DNA of 64,000 bases. Origin: a virus. Taxonomy: Duplodnaviria; Heunggongvirae; Uroviricota; Caudoviricetes. How positions within the stretch are numbered: the first letter of the stretch is position 1; each line of letters starts with the position of its first letter. The stretch spans positions 64,001 through 128,000 of IMG/VR virus record IMGVR_UViG_3300031867_000007. One strand, written 5' to 3'. A program made the translations under genes and the position numbers. The notes beneath the pieces were generated by a model. It did not search any database. It saw nothing but the letters and a program-made list of their open reading frames with translations, and was not told where the DNA came from. This document shows, one piece after another, positions 33,449 through 42,428 of the stretch.

Positions 33449-33508
33449 GCAGGGGCTGTAGGATTCGAACCCACACCCACGGTTTTGGAGACCGTTACCC
33501 TGGTTTTG

Positions 33509-34112
33509 CTTACCACTATAGTTTTCACTACCTACTGGACACTATAGTTTGTGGTCTGGAGTACATCTTCACCATATTATTTCTAACTTAGGTGTGCGAT
33601 TATCTACTCTCTACGGGCTAAAATATTATTTTATTCCCTCGGTATTGCCAGTCAAGGTTTCACCGATATCATCGCATCCACTCAAACTGTTTCCAATCTG
33701 AGGCTCCAATTGAGTAAAGTTATTTTTATAAGGTTCTAAAGCTTTTATTCCTATTGAACTACTATATTTCATAATAAAGTCTATTGGCACTATATATAAA
33801 TCTTCAGTCTCAATATCTGTTCCTATAAAATAATCTATTTCAGACTTATTATATAAATGAATTTTATATTGTCCTTGATTATGATTTATTTTTCGTACAG
33901 GAAGAACCTTCCTTCCACTATCCTTTTGAATAGTTTTAATTTGCATTTTTATTAAATAATTGTTTTTAATTGCAATACAATCTACTTTAGTATTTTCTAA
34001 TACAGGAATATATAATTCTCATTCCCTTTTTAGTAATTCCTTTTCTAGTAAATTATATCCTAATCTACCTTTAGTTATTGTGTCCACAACTTTACTCCTT
34101 TTTATTTAGCTT
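33509..34112 (-). mobile_element. group I intron in tRNA anticodon
   Basis: ATCGGTGAAA, AATACCGAG, CGTAGAGAGTAG, GAAGATGTACTCC core; terminal G; IGS TTGGAG (33704-33709) pairs across the junction. Confidence 0.85.
33626..34087 (-). CDS. intron-encoded PD-(D/E)XK endonuclease (1 in-frame TGA)
   Basis: AAGGAG RBS, GTG start; KG..KVDCI..MQIKT..Y...IDYF. Confidence 0.8.
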
Positions 34113-34213
34113 AAGACCAGTGTGCTACCATTACACTAAGCCCCTATATTAAAATTCTTTCTTTTTATATATACATTTTATTATATTTTTTTATAAAAAT
34201 CAATAAAAATTAT

Positions 34214-34288
34214 TGGCGACGTTAGGAAGTACTGATCCCCCGATCTCCGCAGTGATAGTGCGGAGATCTACCGCTGAACTATAACGCC
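34214..34288 (-). tRNA. tRNA-Asp-like, anticodon ATC, atypical T loop
   Basis: CCGCA CT ATC AC TGCGG; G73 CCA. Confidence 0.65.
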
Positions 34289-34290
34289 TT

Positions 34291-34524
34291 TTATCTTTCT
34301 TCAATATCTTGTCTATTTTCTTTATGCTTTTGTAAAATTTTTTGATTTTGTTCAAAATTCTTTATGTAAAATACAAATTGTTTAATAATATCCATTTCTA
34401 TTTTTCGTTCTTCATCTGTTATCATACAAGAATTTTTTTCTAATACACTATTAGCTTGACCTTTTAATGAATTAAGTAAGCGTAATTTTGTAAATTCAAT
34501 ACATTCTTCAATACTCATTATCAT
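34291..34524 (-). CDS. hypothetical protein
   Basis: ORF with RBS. Confidence 0.65.
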   Translation of the reverse strand: MIMSIEECIEFTKLRLLNSLKGQANSVLEKNSCMITDEERKIEMDIIKQFVFYIKNFEQNQKILQKHKENRQDIEER

Positions 34525-34563
34525 TTCTCCTTTACATTACATAGAAATAAAGCAAAATATTAA

Positions 34564-34648
34564 TGGAGCTGGAGGTGAGATTCGAACTCACGAAGAAAAA
34601 ATCGCCGCTTTACAAGAGCGGTCCCGTTAACCACTTGGGTACTCCAGC
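34564..34648 (-). tRNA. tRNA-Thr(TGT) with enlarged variable region
   Basis: CT TGT AA; 13-nt variable region. Confidence 0.8.
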
Positions 34649-34852
34649 ATAAGTTTTTACTATTCCTTCAGTTTATGGATAAGCAATAGCTAAGCAACCA
34701 TCAGTATCTTTTACCACTGCGGCAGCTAGGTTTCCTAACGCCTGAACCTAACAAAATCGGTCTGGTCTATCTGGCAGAAAAACTTAAACTTGCCTAACTG
34801 GGATGAGACAGCTTCCCTTATATTTTTTAAATGGAAATATAACCATTTTTTA

Positions 34853-34928
34853 CAAGACACATAATCAAATTAATCATTTGCCCATTTTAAAATAATTTAC
34901 TCATTAGTATTCTTGCTGTGTATGTCTT
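34853..34928 (-). ncRNA. Y-RNA-like element (ACAGCA stem family)
   Basis: AAGACATACACAGCAA ... TATGTGTCTTG; own promoter. Confidence 0.55.
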
Positions 34929-35105
34929 TTGTTTTTCTATATACATTTTATTATAATTTTTTATAAAAATCAAATGAGTGTATATAAAAGAGCTATGCTA
35001 AACTTACACCAAACCTGCTCTGAAAGAAGGAAGCATTTTATTTTTGTAGAGAATAAAATGAGAAACTCTTTATCAAAATAAAAGAGATAATTAACATTTT
35101 AAAAT

Positions 35106-35180
35106 TGGTTGAGAGACCGAGATTCGAACTCAGAATACCATCTTATCAGGATGGCGTAATAACCTTTTTACTATCTCTCA
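35106..35180 (-). tRNA. tRNA-Ile(GAT)
   Basis: Cloverleaf, CT GAT AA. Confidence 0.88.
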
Positions 35181-35187
35181 ATATTTT

Positions 35188-35544
35188 TGGTGGAGATGAC
35201 GAAGACTCGAACTCCGTGTCCAAATTATATTCAAAAATAATATCTACAAGTTTAGTTTATTGTTTAATCTTTGATATATTTCTTACAACAAACAAAAATA
35301 TAATATATCGCACCTTTTTAAATCTTTGTAGGCGATACCAAGGTTACTTTTCAGCCACTACGCATCTACTTAATAACATTATTCTAAAAACAGTAGAATT
35401 TTTTAGATAATGTGTCTATTTTTAGGCAGCTACTAATTCTGTATTAGCGTTTATTTTATTTGCACCCATTTTTAAAGTTCCCATTGTGTCTCAACTACTT
35501 GCAACTATTTTATCTAATAAAATGTCGAAACCAAATACATCCCC
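35188..35544 (-). ncRNA. ssrA: tmRNA
   Basis: GGGGATGT..GGTTTCGAC 5' end; TTCGA..CATCTCCACCA 3' end; tag ORF ending ANTELVAA*. Confidence 0.92.
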
Positions 35545-35676
35545 ATAAATAAAATTGCGGCAGTCAGTCAATAAACTATTAATCTAGATTAAAGATGCAA
35601 ATACCAGCTGCCGCACATCACATATAATAGGAAGGTTTTGTGATAATAGGTAGTTATAAGCAAAACTTATAACTTT

Positions 35677-35753
35677 TGGTGGAGATGAGAGAAGTCGAAT
35701 CCCCGATCTTCTGGTTGCAAGCCAGACGCTTTAACCAACTAAGCTACATCCCC
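35677..35753 (-). tRNA. tRNA-Ala(TGC)
   Basis: Cloverleaf with G3-U70. Confidence 0.92.
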
Positions 35754-35760
35754 ATATATA

Positions 35761-35886
35761 CAAGACACAAATATAATACGCGCTCTACCACTGAGCTACT
35801 TCCTCATTTGGTGAGGAAGATAGGATTCGAACCTATGACCTCGGGTACCTGTAAACCTAATATAAATATTATGCTGTATGTGTCTT
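35761..35886 (-). ncRNA. YrlA-like Y RNA (circularly permuted tRNA domain)
   Basis: T arm, acceptor stem closed by ACCAAAT, then D arm, inside an AGACACATACAGCA/TGTGTCTTG stem. Confidence 0.75.
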
Positions 35887-35942
35887 TTCTATATATATTT
35901 TATTATAATTTTTTATAAAAATCAAATATTTTTTAATTTTTA

Positions 35943-36017
35943 TGGCTCGGGATCAGTGATTCGAACACCGATTTCAGGAATCAAAATCCCGCATCCTACC
36001 TATTAGATGAATCCCGA
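35943..36017 (-). tRNA. tRNA-Gln(TTG)
   Basis: Cloverleaf, TT TTG AT. Confidence 0.88.
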
Positions 36018-36020
36018 ATT

Positions 36021-36308
36021 TTATTTTGTATTATATTTATATTTTATAATATATTCATTTTTATTAAAAATATAATGATTATTATATATATCTATTATTT
36101 CTATTATATTTTCATTTTCATTTACTATTTCCTGTATATAATATCTATCTTTATAATCTTTTGTTATAATTTGAACAGGATAATTATGACTATCACAATA
36201 ATTATTATAACAAAAAGTAGTGCAAAAATAACTAGTAAAAAATATTATAATACTACATATAATTATCATTATATGAGAACCTTTAATTAAAGTTATTTTT
36301 TTACTCAT
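36021..36308 (-). CDS. hypothetical membrane-anchored protein
   Basis: GGAGG RBS; hydrophobic N-terminus. Confidence 0.6.
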   Translation of the reverse strand: MSKKITLIKGSHIMIIICSIIIFFTSYFCTTFCYNNYCDSHNYPVQIITKDYKDRYYIQEIVNENENIIEIIDIYNNHYIFNKNEYIIKYKYNTK

Positions 36309-36322
36309 GATATCCTCCTTCT

Positions 36323-36679
36323 CTAACTAGGCATTTTTAATTTTTTAATAATTTCTACTTTTGCAATCCAATTCGCAACAGGGAAAGTAATAAATTTACC
36401 ACCAAACACTGCAACATTATCTGTTTTTAAATTATCAACAATAGTATCAATAATAAATTTTTTGTCCATATCAATACTATGATTATCATTTTCTCCCATT
36501 GAAGTAGTTTTACTATATTTAATTTCATAAATTTTATTATCAATAAAAACTAAATTAAATATACCATTACCAGTTAAAGAATATTTAGTTTTATAAGTCG
36601 GAAATATTTTTTCTAACATCTTTTGAAAAGGATATTCTGTTTCCCAAAAATAAATAAATTTATCATTCATATTTATCAA
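36323..36679 (-). CDS. hypothetical protein
   Basis: ORF with promoter and RBS. Confidence 0.65.
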   Translation of the reverse strand: MINMNDKFIYFWETEYPFQKMLEKIFPTYKTKYSLTGNGIFNLVFIDNKIYEIKYSKTTSMGENDNHSIDMDKKFIIDTIVDNLKTDNVAVFGGKFITFPVANWIAKVEIIKKLKMPS

Positions 36680-36761
36680 CTCCTCTTTTCTTTTTCTATA
36701 ATTATTATATTATAATTTTTTATAAAAATCAAAAGAGAAATAATAAATTGATTTTTTATTT

Positions 36762-37130
36762 TATAAGAGTAAGTAAACCACTCGCATCCCACCAGTTTAT
36801 TTCACCTGCCTAAGCCTTGTCCGTTATTACTCCCTAATGCTTATTTGTTTCCCATTTTTAGGTACTTATAGACTACACCACGTAAAGGTTAGCATTTTTG
36901 CGGTCCTGCTGGCTTATTAGGAGAACCAGCTTCCTTAAAGAGTTATATAAAAATCAGTTTTTATTATTTACACATCACTTTCGTTGGGGATTAACTGTAA
37001 CCTGTCTACGGAACTTCTATTTGCCTCTTTCTGGTGGGCTATCCAAGTATCATATGATTTACCATTCACAACAAAGTTTCTTTTTAAATGTTATAATAAT
37101 TTTAGAAAGAAGAAACTTTCATTAACATAA
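36762..37130 (-). ncRNA. large structured ncRNA candidate
   Basis: About 370 nt GC-elevated non-coding stretch directly 3' of a tRNA. Confidence 0.45.
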
Positions 37131-37139
37131 CTTTCAATA

Positions 37140-37216
37140 TGGTTGCGATGCCCAGAGTCGGACTGGGTATTTTCAGCTTATGAGACTGATGAGATAACCG
37201 GTTCTCTACAATCGCA
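37140..37216 (-). tRNA. tRNA with CAT anticodon (Met)
   Basis: TCAGT CT CAT AA GCTGA; CCA end. Confidence 0.8.
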
Positions 37217-37287
37217 ATATATAAGATGCCGTAACCCCGTTTTTATAAAGGTGCTTTCTGCACACGGCTCTGACCAACCACCTATAA

Positions 37288-37494
37288 TTATTTATCAAAA
37301 TCTTGTAATTCTTTTTGAGATATTTTGTCCAAATTCTTATATTTATTTAATCTATTTCCTTTACACCAAGGACAACTACCATGATTTCTACAACTTTTAT
37401 CAACAGCTTTACAATATGGTTGCCCTTTTGTTCCATATTCAACTCTATGTTCTTTTCCAGATTTTATAGCTTTTGATAAACTCATATTCATCAC
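37288..37494 (-). CDS. small Cys/His protein
   Basis: CRNHGSCPWC. Confidence 0.7.
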   Translation of the reverse strand: MMNMSLSKAIKSGKEHRVEYGTKGQPYCKAVDKSCRNHGSCPWCKGNRLNKYKNLDKISQKELQDFDK

Positions 37495-37548
37495 CTTCCT
37501 ATATAATAATTATAATTTATTTTTTTATAAAAATCAATTAAAAATATA

Positions 37549-37624
37549 TGGAGCACTCAGATGGACTTGCACCATCACTCGGGCTTTTGCAGAGCCCCGC
37601 CTTAGCTATTTTGGCTATGAGTGC
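37549..37624 (-). tRNA. tRNA-Cys(GCA)
   Basis: CT GCA AA, U73. Confidence 0.88.
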
Positions 37625-37669
37625 ATAATAAACAAGATGTCAAGACTAAAAAACAATATGTTTTTATAT

Positions 37670-38083
37670 TTATAATATTTCTATATTTTTACTTTCTTTT
37701 TTTATTTCTTTTTTCTTTGTAGGAATTGTTATATAAAGCAATCCATTTTTTGCACTAGCTTTAATTCCAGTTAAATCTAATTGAGTATCATCAAGAGCAA
37801 ATCTAGAATCAACTGAATATTCTTTACCTGTAATTACATCTTTTGTTTTACCTTTGATTAAGATAAAATCTGTTCCATTTTCACTTTCATTTGTAATTTT
37901 AAGGTCTTTTTTATCAATACCTAGGATATTATGAGTAATAAGAACCTCTTTCTCCCCATTTTTTATAGAGTAAGGATGCATATCCTTCTCATCTCTATTG
38001 AATTTGTAAGATTTTTTATCCCAATCAAAAGCAGGGAAAAATAAATCTTCTATCATATTACTAAAATCATTATTATTAGACAT
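37670..38083 (-). CDS. small heat shock protein (Hsp20)
   Basis: GIDKKDLKI..IKASAKNGLLYITIP. Confidence 0.85.
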   Translation of the reverse strand: MSNNNDFSNMIEDLFFPAFDWDKKSYKFNRDEKDMHPYSIKNGEKEVLITHNILGIDKKDLKITNESENGTDFILIKGKTKDVITGKEYSVDSRFALDDTQLDLTGIKASAKNGLLYITIPTKKKEIKKESKNIEIL

Positions 38084-38407
38084 ACTAAAATCCTCCTTTA
38101 AATAAAACATCTTGACATCTTTTTATAATGATATTATATCAAAATTTTTATAAAAAGTCAATTTATACTCCCACACTCTCGATATTTAATATGTTATAAT
38201 TTTCTTTTATATAGTCTAAATCATTTTCCTTTTCTATTGGAGCTAAGTGTATATAATTATAGTCATCAATATATTTAACCCAACAATATATTATTTTATT
38301 TTCTTCCATAATAATAACCTCCTCCTTAACTTTTTCTATAATTATTATATAATATTTTTTATAAAAAAGCAAATAAAAAACAATAGTAAAACTATTGTTT
38401 TTTATTC

Positions 38408-38716
38408 TTATAGTCCAAATGTTTCCATTAATTTTTTAACATTATCTTTCTCTTCTTGCGTTGGTTCTATTATTTTTTGTTCAGCTTGTTTATGTTTATT
38501 ACTTTCAAAATTCATTTCTGCGGTAGTACCTGGTGTAGCATTGTCCTGTCCAGAATAGACATTTTCTTTAGCTGCAGTCAATGTTATTTTTATCTGGATT
38601 TCCTCCGAATCCTCTATCATTGGAATTCTTATTTCCTTATTATAAATAAAAGCTTTTGGAAAAATTTCTAATATTTTATTTTGAATATCTATTTTACTTT
38701 TTTGACCTTTTGCCAT
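38408..38716 (-). CDS. hypothetical protein
   Basis: GGAGG RBS. Confidence 0.7.
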   Translation of the reverse strand: MAKGQKSKIDIQNKILEIFPKAFIYNKEIRIPMIEDSEEIQIKITLTAAKENVYSGQDNATPGTTAEMNFESNKHKQAEQKIIEPTQEEKDNVKKLMETFGL

Positions 38717-38743
38717 ATTACCCTCCTCCTTTTTCCTCCTATT

Positions 38744-39565
38744 TTATATTTTTTTTCAATGTAATTTTTCTTTTGTTTCAGGATGTTTTCCAGCACTTTT
38801 TTTTCTCCCTGCTATACAATCAGAAATTCCTGAAGTTGATTTTAAATTACACCACTTAGCTGCTTCTGTATAATTAGAAAAAACTTGACCGGTCTCAATA
38901 CATTGAATTGACTGTCCCATTTTCATTTTCATATTTTGTTTCCATTCTTCTGTATGGTGAGTTCCATACATAGGATTGTTTTTTCCTAACTTACTTTTTC
39001 TTAATTTTTCTTTTGTTTCTTTGCTATGCCCTTTTCCTTGTGTTGGGGTTCCATGTTCTAAAATATATTTTTTTCTAGCTTCACTAATCCTTCTTTTTCC
39101 CTCTTCAGAAATATGATGATTTTTATCTTCTCGAGCTTTTCTTTGCTTCTCTATATACTCTTCATTTTTTCACAATTCTTTTGTTCTTTCAGACATAAAT
39201 AATTTAAAATCTTTATTTTGTCATCTCTTTTTCATATTAAAACTTAATTTTTTTCTAGTCTCATCTGAAAAGGTTCTATTTAAACCTCCTTTTGATATAT
39301 TATATCCAAAATTTTCTTCTGTCGATTTATATTTTTCGATATAATATTCCTCTCAATAATTAGCTTCTTCTAATGATATTTTTTCTTTTAATATTGCATG
39401 TTCAAAATTATCTCAACCATACTTTAATATAGCACTATAAAAATGTGGACACTCTATATATCCTTTTCCATTTTTTCACCTATATTCTGGTTTTTGACAA
39501 GTTTGACCAATATAGATTTTGCCATTTATTTTATTTTTGTGCATATAAATAGTATAATTATTCAT
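38744..39565 (-). CDS. GIY-YIG/NUMOD3 homing endonuclease (several TGA=Trp)
   Basis: YTIYMH..NGKIYIGQT..R[W]..KYG[W]DNF; NPMYG.HH. Confidence 0.85.
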
Positions 39566-39646
39566 TTTATTATATATTTCTCCTTTCTATTTTTCTATAT
39601 AAATATAAAAAAGATATATAATAAATTATTTAACTTTAACCTGAAA

Positions 39647-40447
39647 TTATTCTCTTTTTTTATCAATAGAAACAACTAATTTAGTTTTTTCAAGATTATT
39701 AGACAATTCTTCTATTATTTCACATCTGCGGCAGCTACCTCCTTTTAGGCAATTTTTACCACATTTAATACGCATTTCCGCAAATCTTGGAATAATATAT
39801 TTATTATCTATATCTGAATTAAAATCTAGTATAATTTCATCTAATCGACCAAATCATTTTTTCTTTTGTTTATAAACATTATAATATATATCTATTTTTT
39901 TATCAACGTCATAAAATTCTATTACATCTATATATTCTTCATAAGCATTAATATCTTCTGGTCTAATGAAAAATTTTTTTATAGCAGAACTATCATTCCA
40001 CTTCGATTGAGCTATATTTGGATATACTCTAACTTGTGTATTATACTGTGCGGCAATCGTATGAATTTTGTCAATTTCGAAAGCTAAATTTTCTACAATA
40101 TAAATATCAGTTACTTGTATTTTAAGTAGACCAATAAAAATATCTCAATCGTTAACTTGAGTATCAAAAAAGAATTTAAAATTTGGCTTATTTTCTTTGA
40201 CTTTATCAATGTAATAATTTCCATTAAATTTTATATAAACATTATTATATTTTTCACATAATTCAGTTAAAAATTTAAAATCAATATTTTCTTCTTTTAT
40301 ATATATATTAATTCGTTTATTTTTGTATTTTTCTAAAAACTCTAATAAAGTATTATCTTTACTATTATAAATAATAGTTCATTCATCTACATCATGAATG
40401 TATTTTGAATGTTCTGTATCTTTATTGTAATTTAAACAATATTTCAT
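39647..40447 (-). CDS. peptidase U32-like protein (3 in-frame TGA)
   Basis: 267-codon ORF with TGA as sense; FIRPED; terminal C..C....C..C. Confidence 0.6.
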
Positions 40448-40502
40448 TTATATATCTCCTTATAGGATAAGAGGGCGGTAATAATATTCCACCCTATTAT
40501 CT

Positions 40503-40889
40503 TTATTCACTCTTTATTTTATATGCTTTTATACTTCTTCCGTCTTCAGTTTTTACATCTTCTTTTTCAGCATCGCCATTCTTTACTAATTGAGTTAATC
40601 TTGCTATAACTTTTGCTTTTGTAATACTTTCATCTCCAATTTGAGCAGTTATATCATCTGCTGTTTGTAATTCATCTGTTAAAATTGATTTAACTCTATC
40701 TCTTAATTCATCTCCAGCTTTTTGTTTCTCTGTTGCTCTAATTTTTGCTTTTTCTGCTTTAACCTCAATTTGAGAAATTTGTTTATCTATAAATTCAATT
40801 AATTCATTTTTTCCTTCAACATCTACTTTTTCTACCATTTCTTTAATTAAAGTATAATAATCTTTTTTTGTCATCTTCTTTTCTTCCAT
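40503..40889 (-). CDS. putative winged-helix protein, paralog family A (divergent)
   Basis: TKKDYY..FIDKQI..LTQLVK. Confidence 0.7.
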   Translation of the reverse strand: MEEKKMTKKDYYTLIKEMVEKVDVEGKNELIEFIDKQISQIEVKAEKAKIRATEKQKAGDELRDRVKSILTDELQTADDITAQIGDESITKAKVIARLTQLVKNGDAEKEDVKTEDGRSIKAYKIKSE

Positions 40890-40973
40890 TTTTTATATCT
40901 CCTTCCATTTCTTTTATAAGACAATTATATCAAAAAAATATGTTTAAGTCAACATAAGTAAACATAATCTTGA

Positions 40974-41255
40974 TTAAGCAAACCTTTGCGCGGCATATTT
41001 TTTAATCTCTTGTTTTACTCTTATTTTATCTGAATCAAGCAAATGACTATCATCATATTCTAAACTAATTGTTTGTCTTTGAATATTAGATAATGAATTA
41101 ATAACTTGTTTTAATTCATTAATTAACTTGTCTGCATCCTCATGACTTTGCATAGCCATCACATCAAAACCATTTAGATTTCCATTATAATATTTACTAG
41201 AATTAAAAGTTTTTGTAAAATGTTTTACATCAAAATCTTTGTATTGTTCTAACAT
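40974..41255 (-). CDS. hypothetical protein
   Basis: ORF with promoter and RBS. Confidence 0.65.
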   Translation of the reverse strand: MLEQYKDFDVKHFTKTFNSSKYYNGNLNGFDVMAMQSHEDADKLINELKQVINSLSNIQRQTISLEYDDSHLLDSDKIRVKQEIKKYAAQRFA

Positions 41256-41452
41256 AACTATCTACCTCCTTTATTTATATTATTATTTTATAATATTTTT
41301 TATTAAAAATCAATATGCTTTTTGATCTAAAATAATACATTCTTATATTGATTTTTAATAAAAAATATTATAAAATAATAATATAAATATTTAAACGCGC
41401 GCACGCGTGCGATATTTAATAATGAAGAAAATTGATGAAAGGAATATTTATC

Positions 41453-41728
41453 ATGGAAAAAATGAATTTTGCAGAATGATTATATGAACAAGAGAAAAAT
41501 AATGATAATATATTGGCGCCAAGTTTAAATTCACAATTAGCATTATCATTTTTAATAGATTATTTATTAGATGATAATTGGTATATAGATTATTCAGCTA
41601 GCGAAGGACAAAATAATGCTCATGCTGTTAACGAAATATTGACAAAATATTCAAAAAGATATAAAAAAGAAATAAAGAAAATAAGAAAGGATATACAAAA
41701 TGGAAAATTATTTACAAGAGGAATATAA
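41453..41728 (+). CDS. hypothetical protein (1 in-frame TGA)
   Basis: AAGGA RBS before ATG 41453, in frame with the track ORF. Confidence 0.6.
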
Positions 41729-42380
41729 AAAATTTTGTAATAAATATGGAGAAGATAGAATATTATGAATTGCGGCAGCGCCTGGTTATGAAAGAATAAG
41801 TCTAGACCTTGCAATTAATACACCGGCAACCGCATGTTATTTACCAACAGAGGAAGAATTATATAATATAAATATATATGATAATAAAATAATAGATATT
41901 CGTACTCTTATATCTACTGCTATTGATACAAAAACATCATTATTTAATTCAATATTATCACCTTATAAAATAATTAATCCTAAATATAAAGAATATATTA
42001 ATGATGAATTTTTTACTTATTTAAAGATAATAATTTTAGATAATGATGAATTAATTATAAATAAAATGAAAAATATTATAAAAAATATAATACAAGTAAA
42101 TATAAATAATATTTCACAAGAGCAAGAAATAATAAATATATTAACAAAAACTGAATTAAAAGTATTATCTTTAATTATAAAAGATTTTAATGGTTTAAAC
42201 AATGGAGATATTAAAGTAAATCAAGCAACAGAGCAATATAAAATATCCACTTCTGTATTCAGAACTTTATTCTATAAATTAAAAGAATATGGTGTTGCAG
42301 AGATAGATAGCCGCGGTGTAAAAGGAACTCATATAACTTTTAGAAATATATCTACATTAAAAAACTTACTTGATAAATAA
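41700..42380 (+). CDS. protein with C-terminal CodY-like winged HTH (1 in-frame TGA)
   Basis: LTKTELKVL..SVFR..KLKEYGVAEIDSRGVKGTHI resembles the CodY HTH. Confidence 0.7.
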
Positions 42381-42428
42381 AATAAATAAAAATATAATAA
42401 ATATATAAAAAACAAAGGAGTTGATTAT

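Larger units (their letters stand above)
33450..34145 (-). tRNA. intron-containing tRNA-Trp, spliced anticodon TCA, with an extra CCA stem-loop
   Basis: Exons 34113-34145 and 33450-33508 join to CTGGT CT TCA AA ACCAG; AGGGGCT/AGCCCCT acceptor, G73; no encoded CCA end. Confidence 0.8.

Noticed and set aside
36762..37130. RNase P RNA
   Set aside because: No GAGGAAAGUCC or matching 3' P4 signature.
35105..37469. Plus-strand track ORFs at 35105, 35676, 36898 and 37143 (also 3148, 12183, 26094, 28778, 31999)
   Set aside because: They overlap tRNA, ncRNA or repeat sequence and have no RBS or protein motif.
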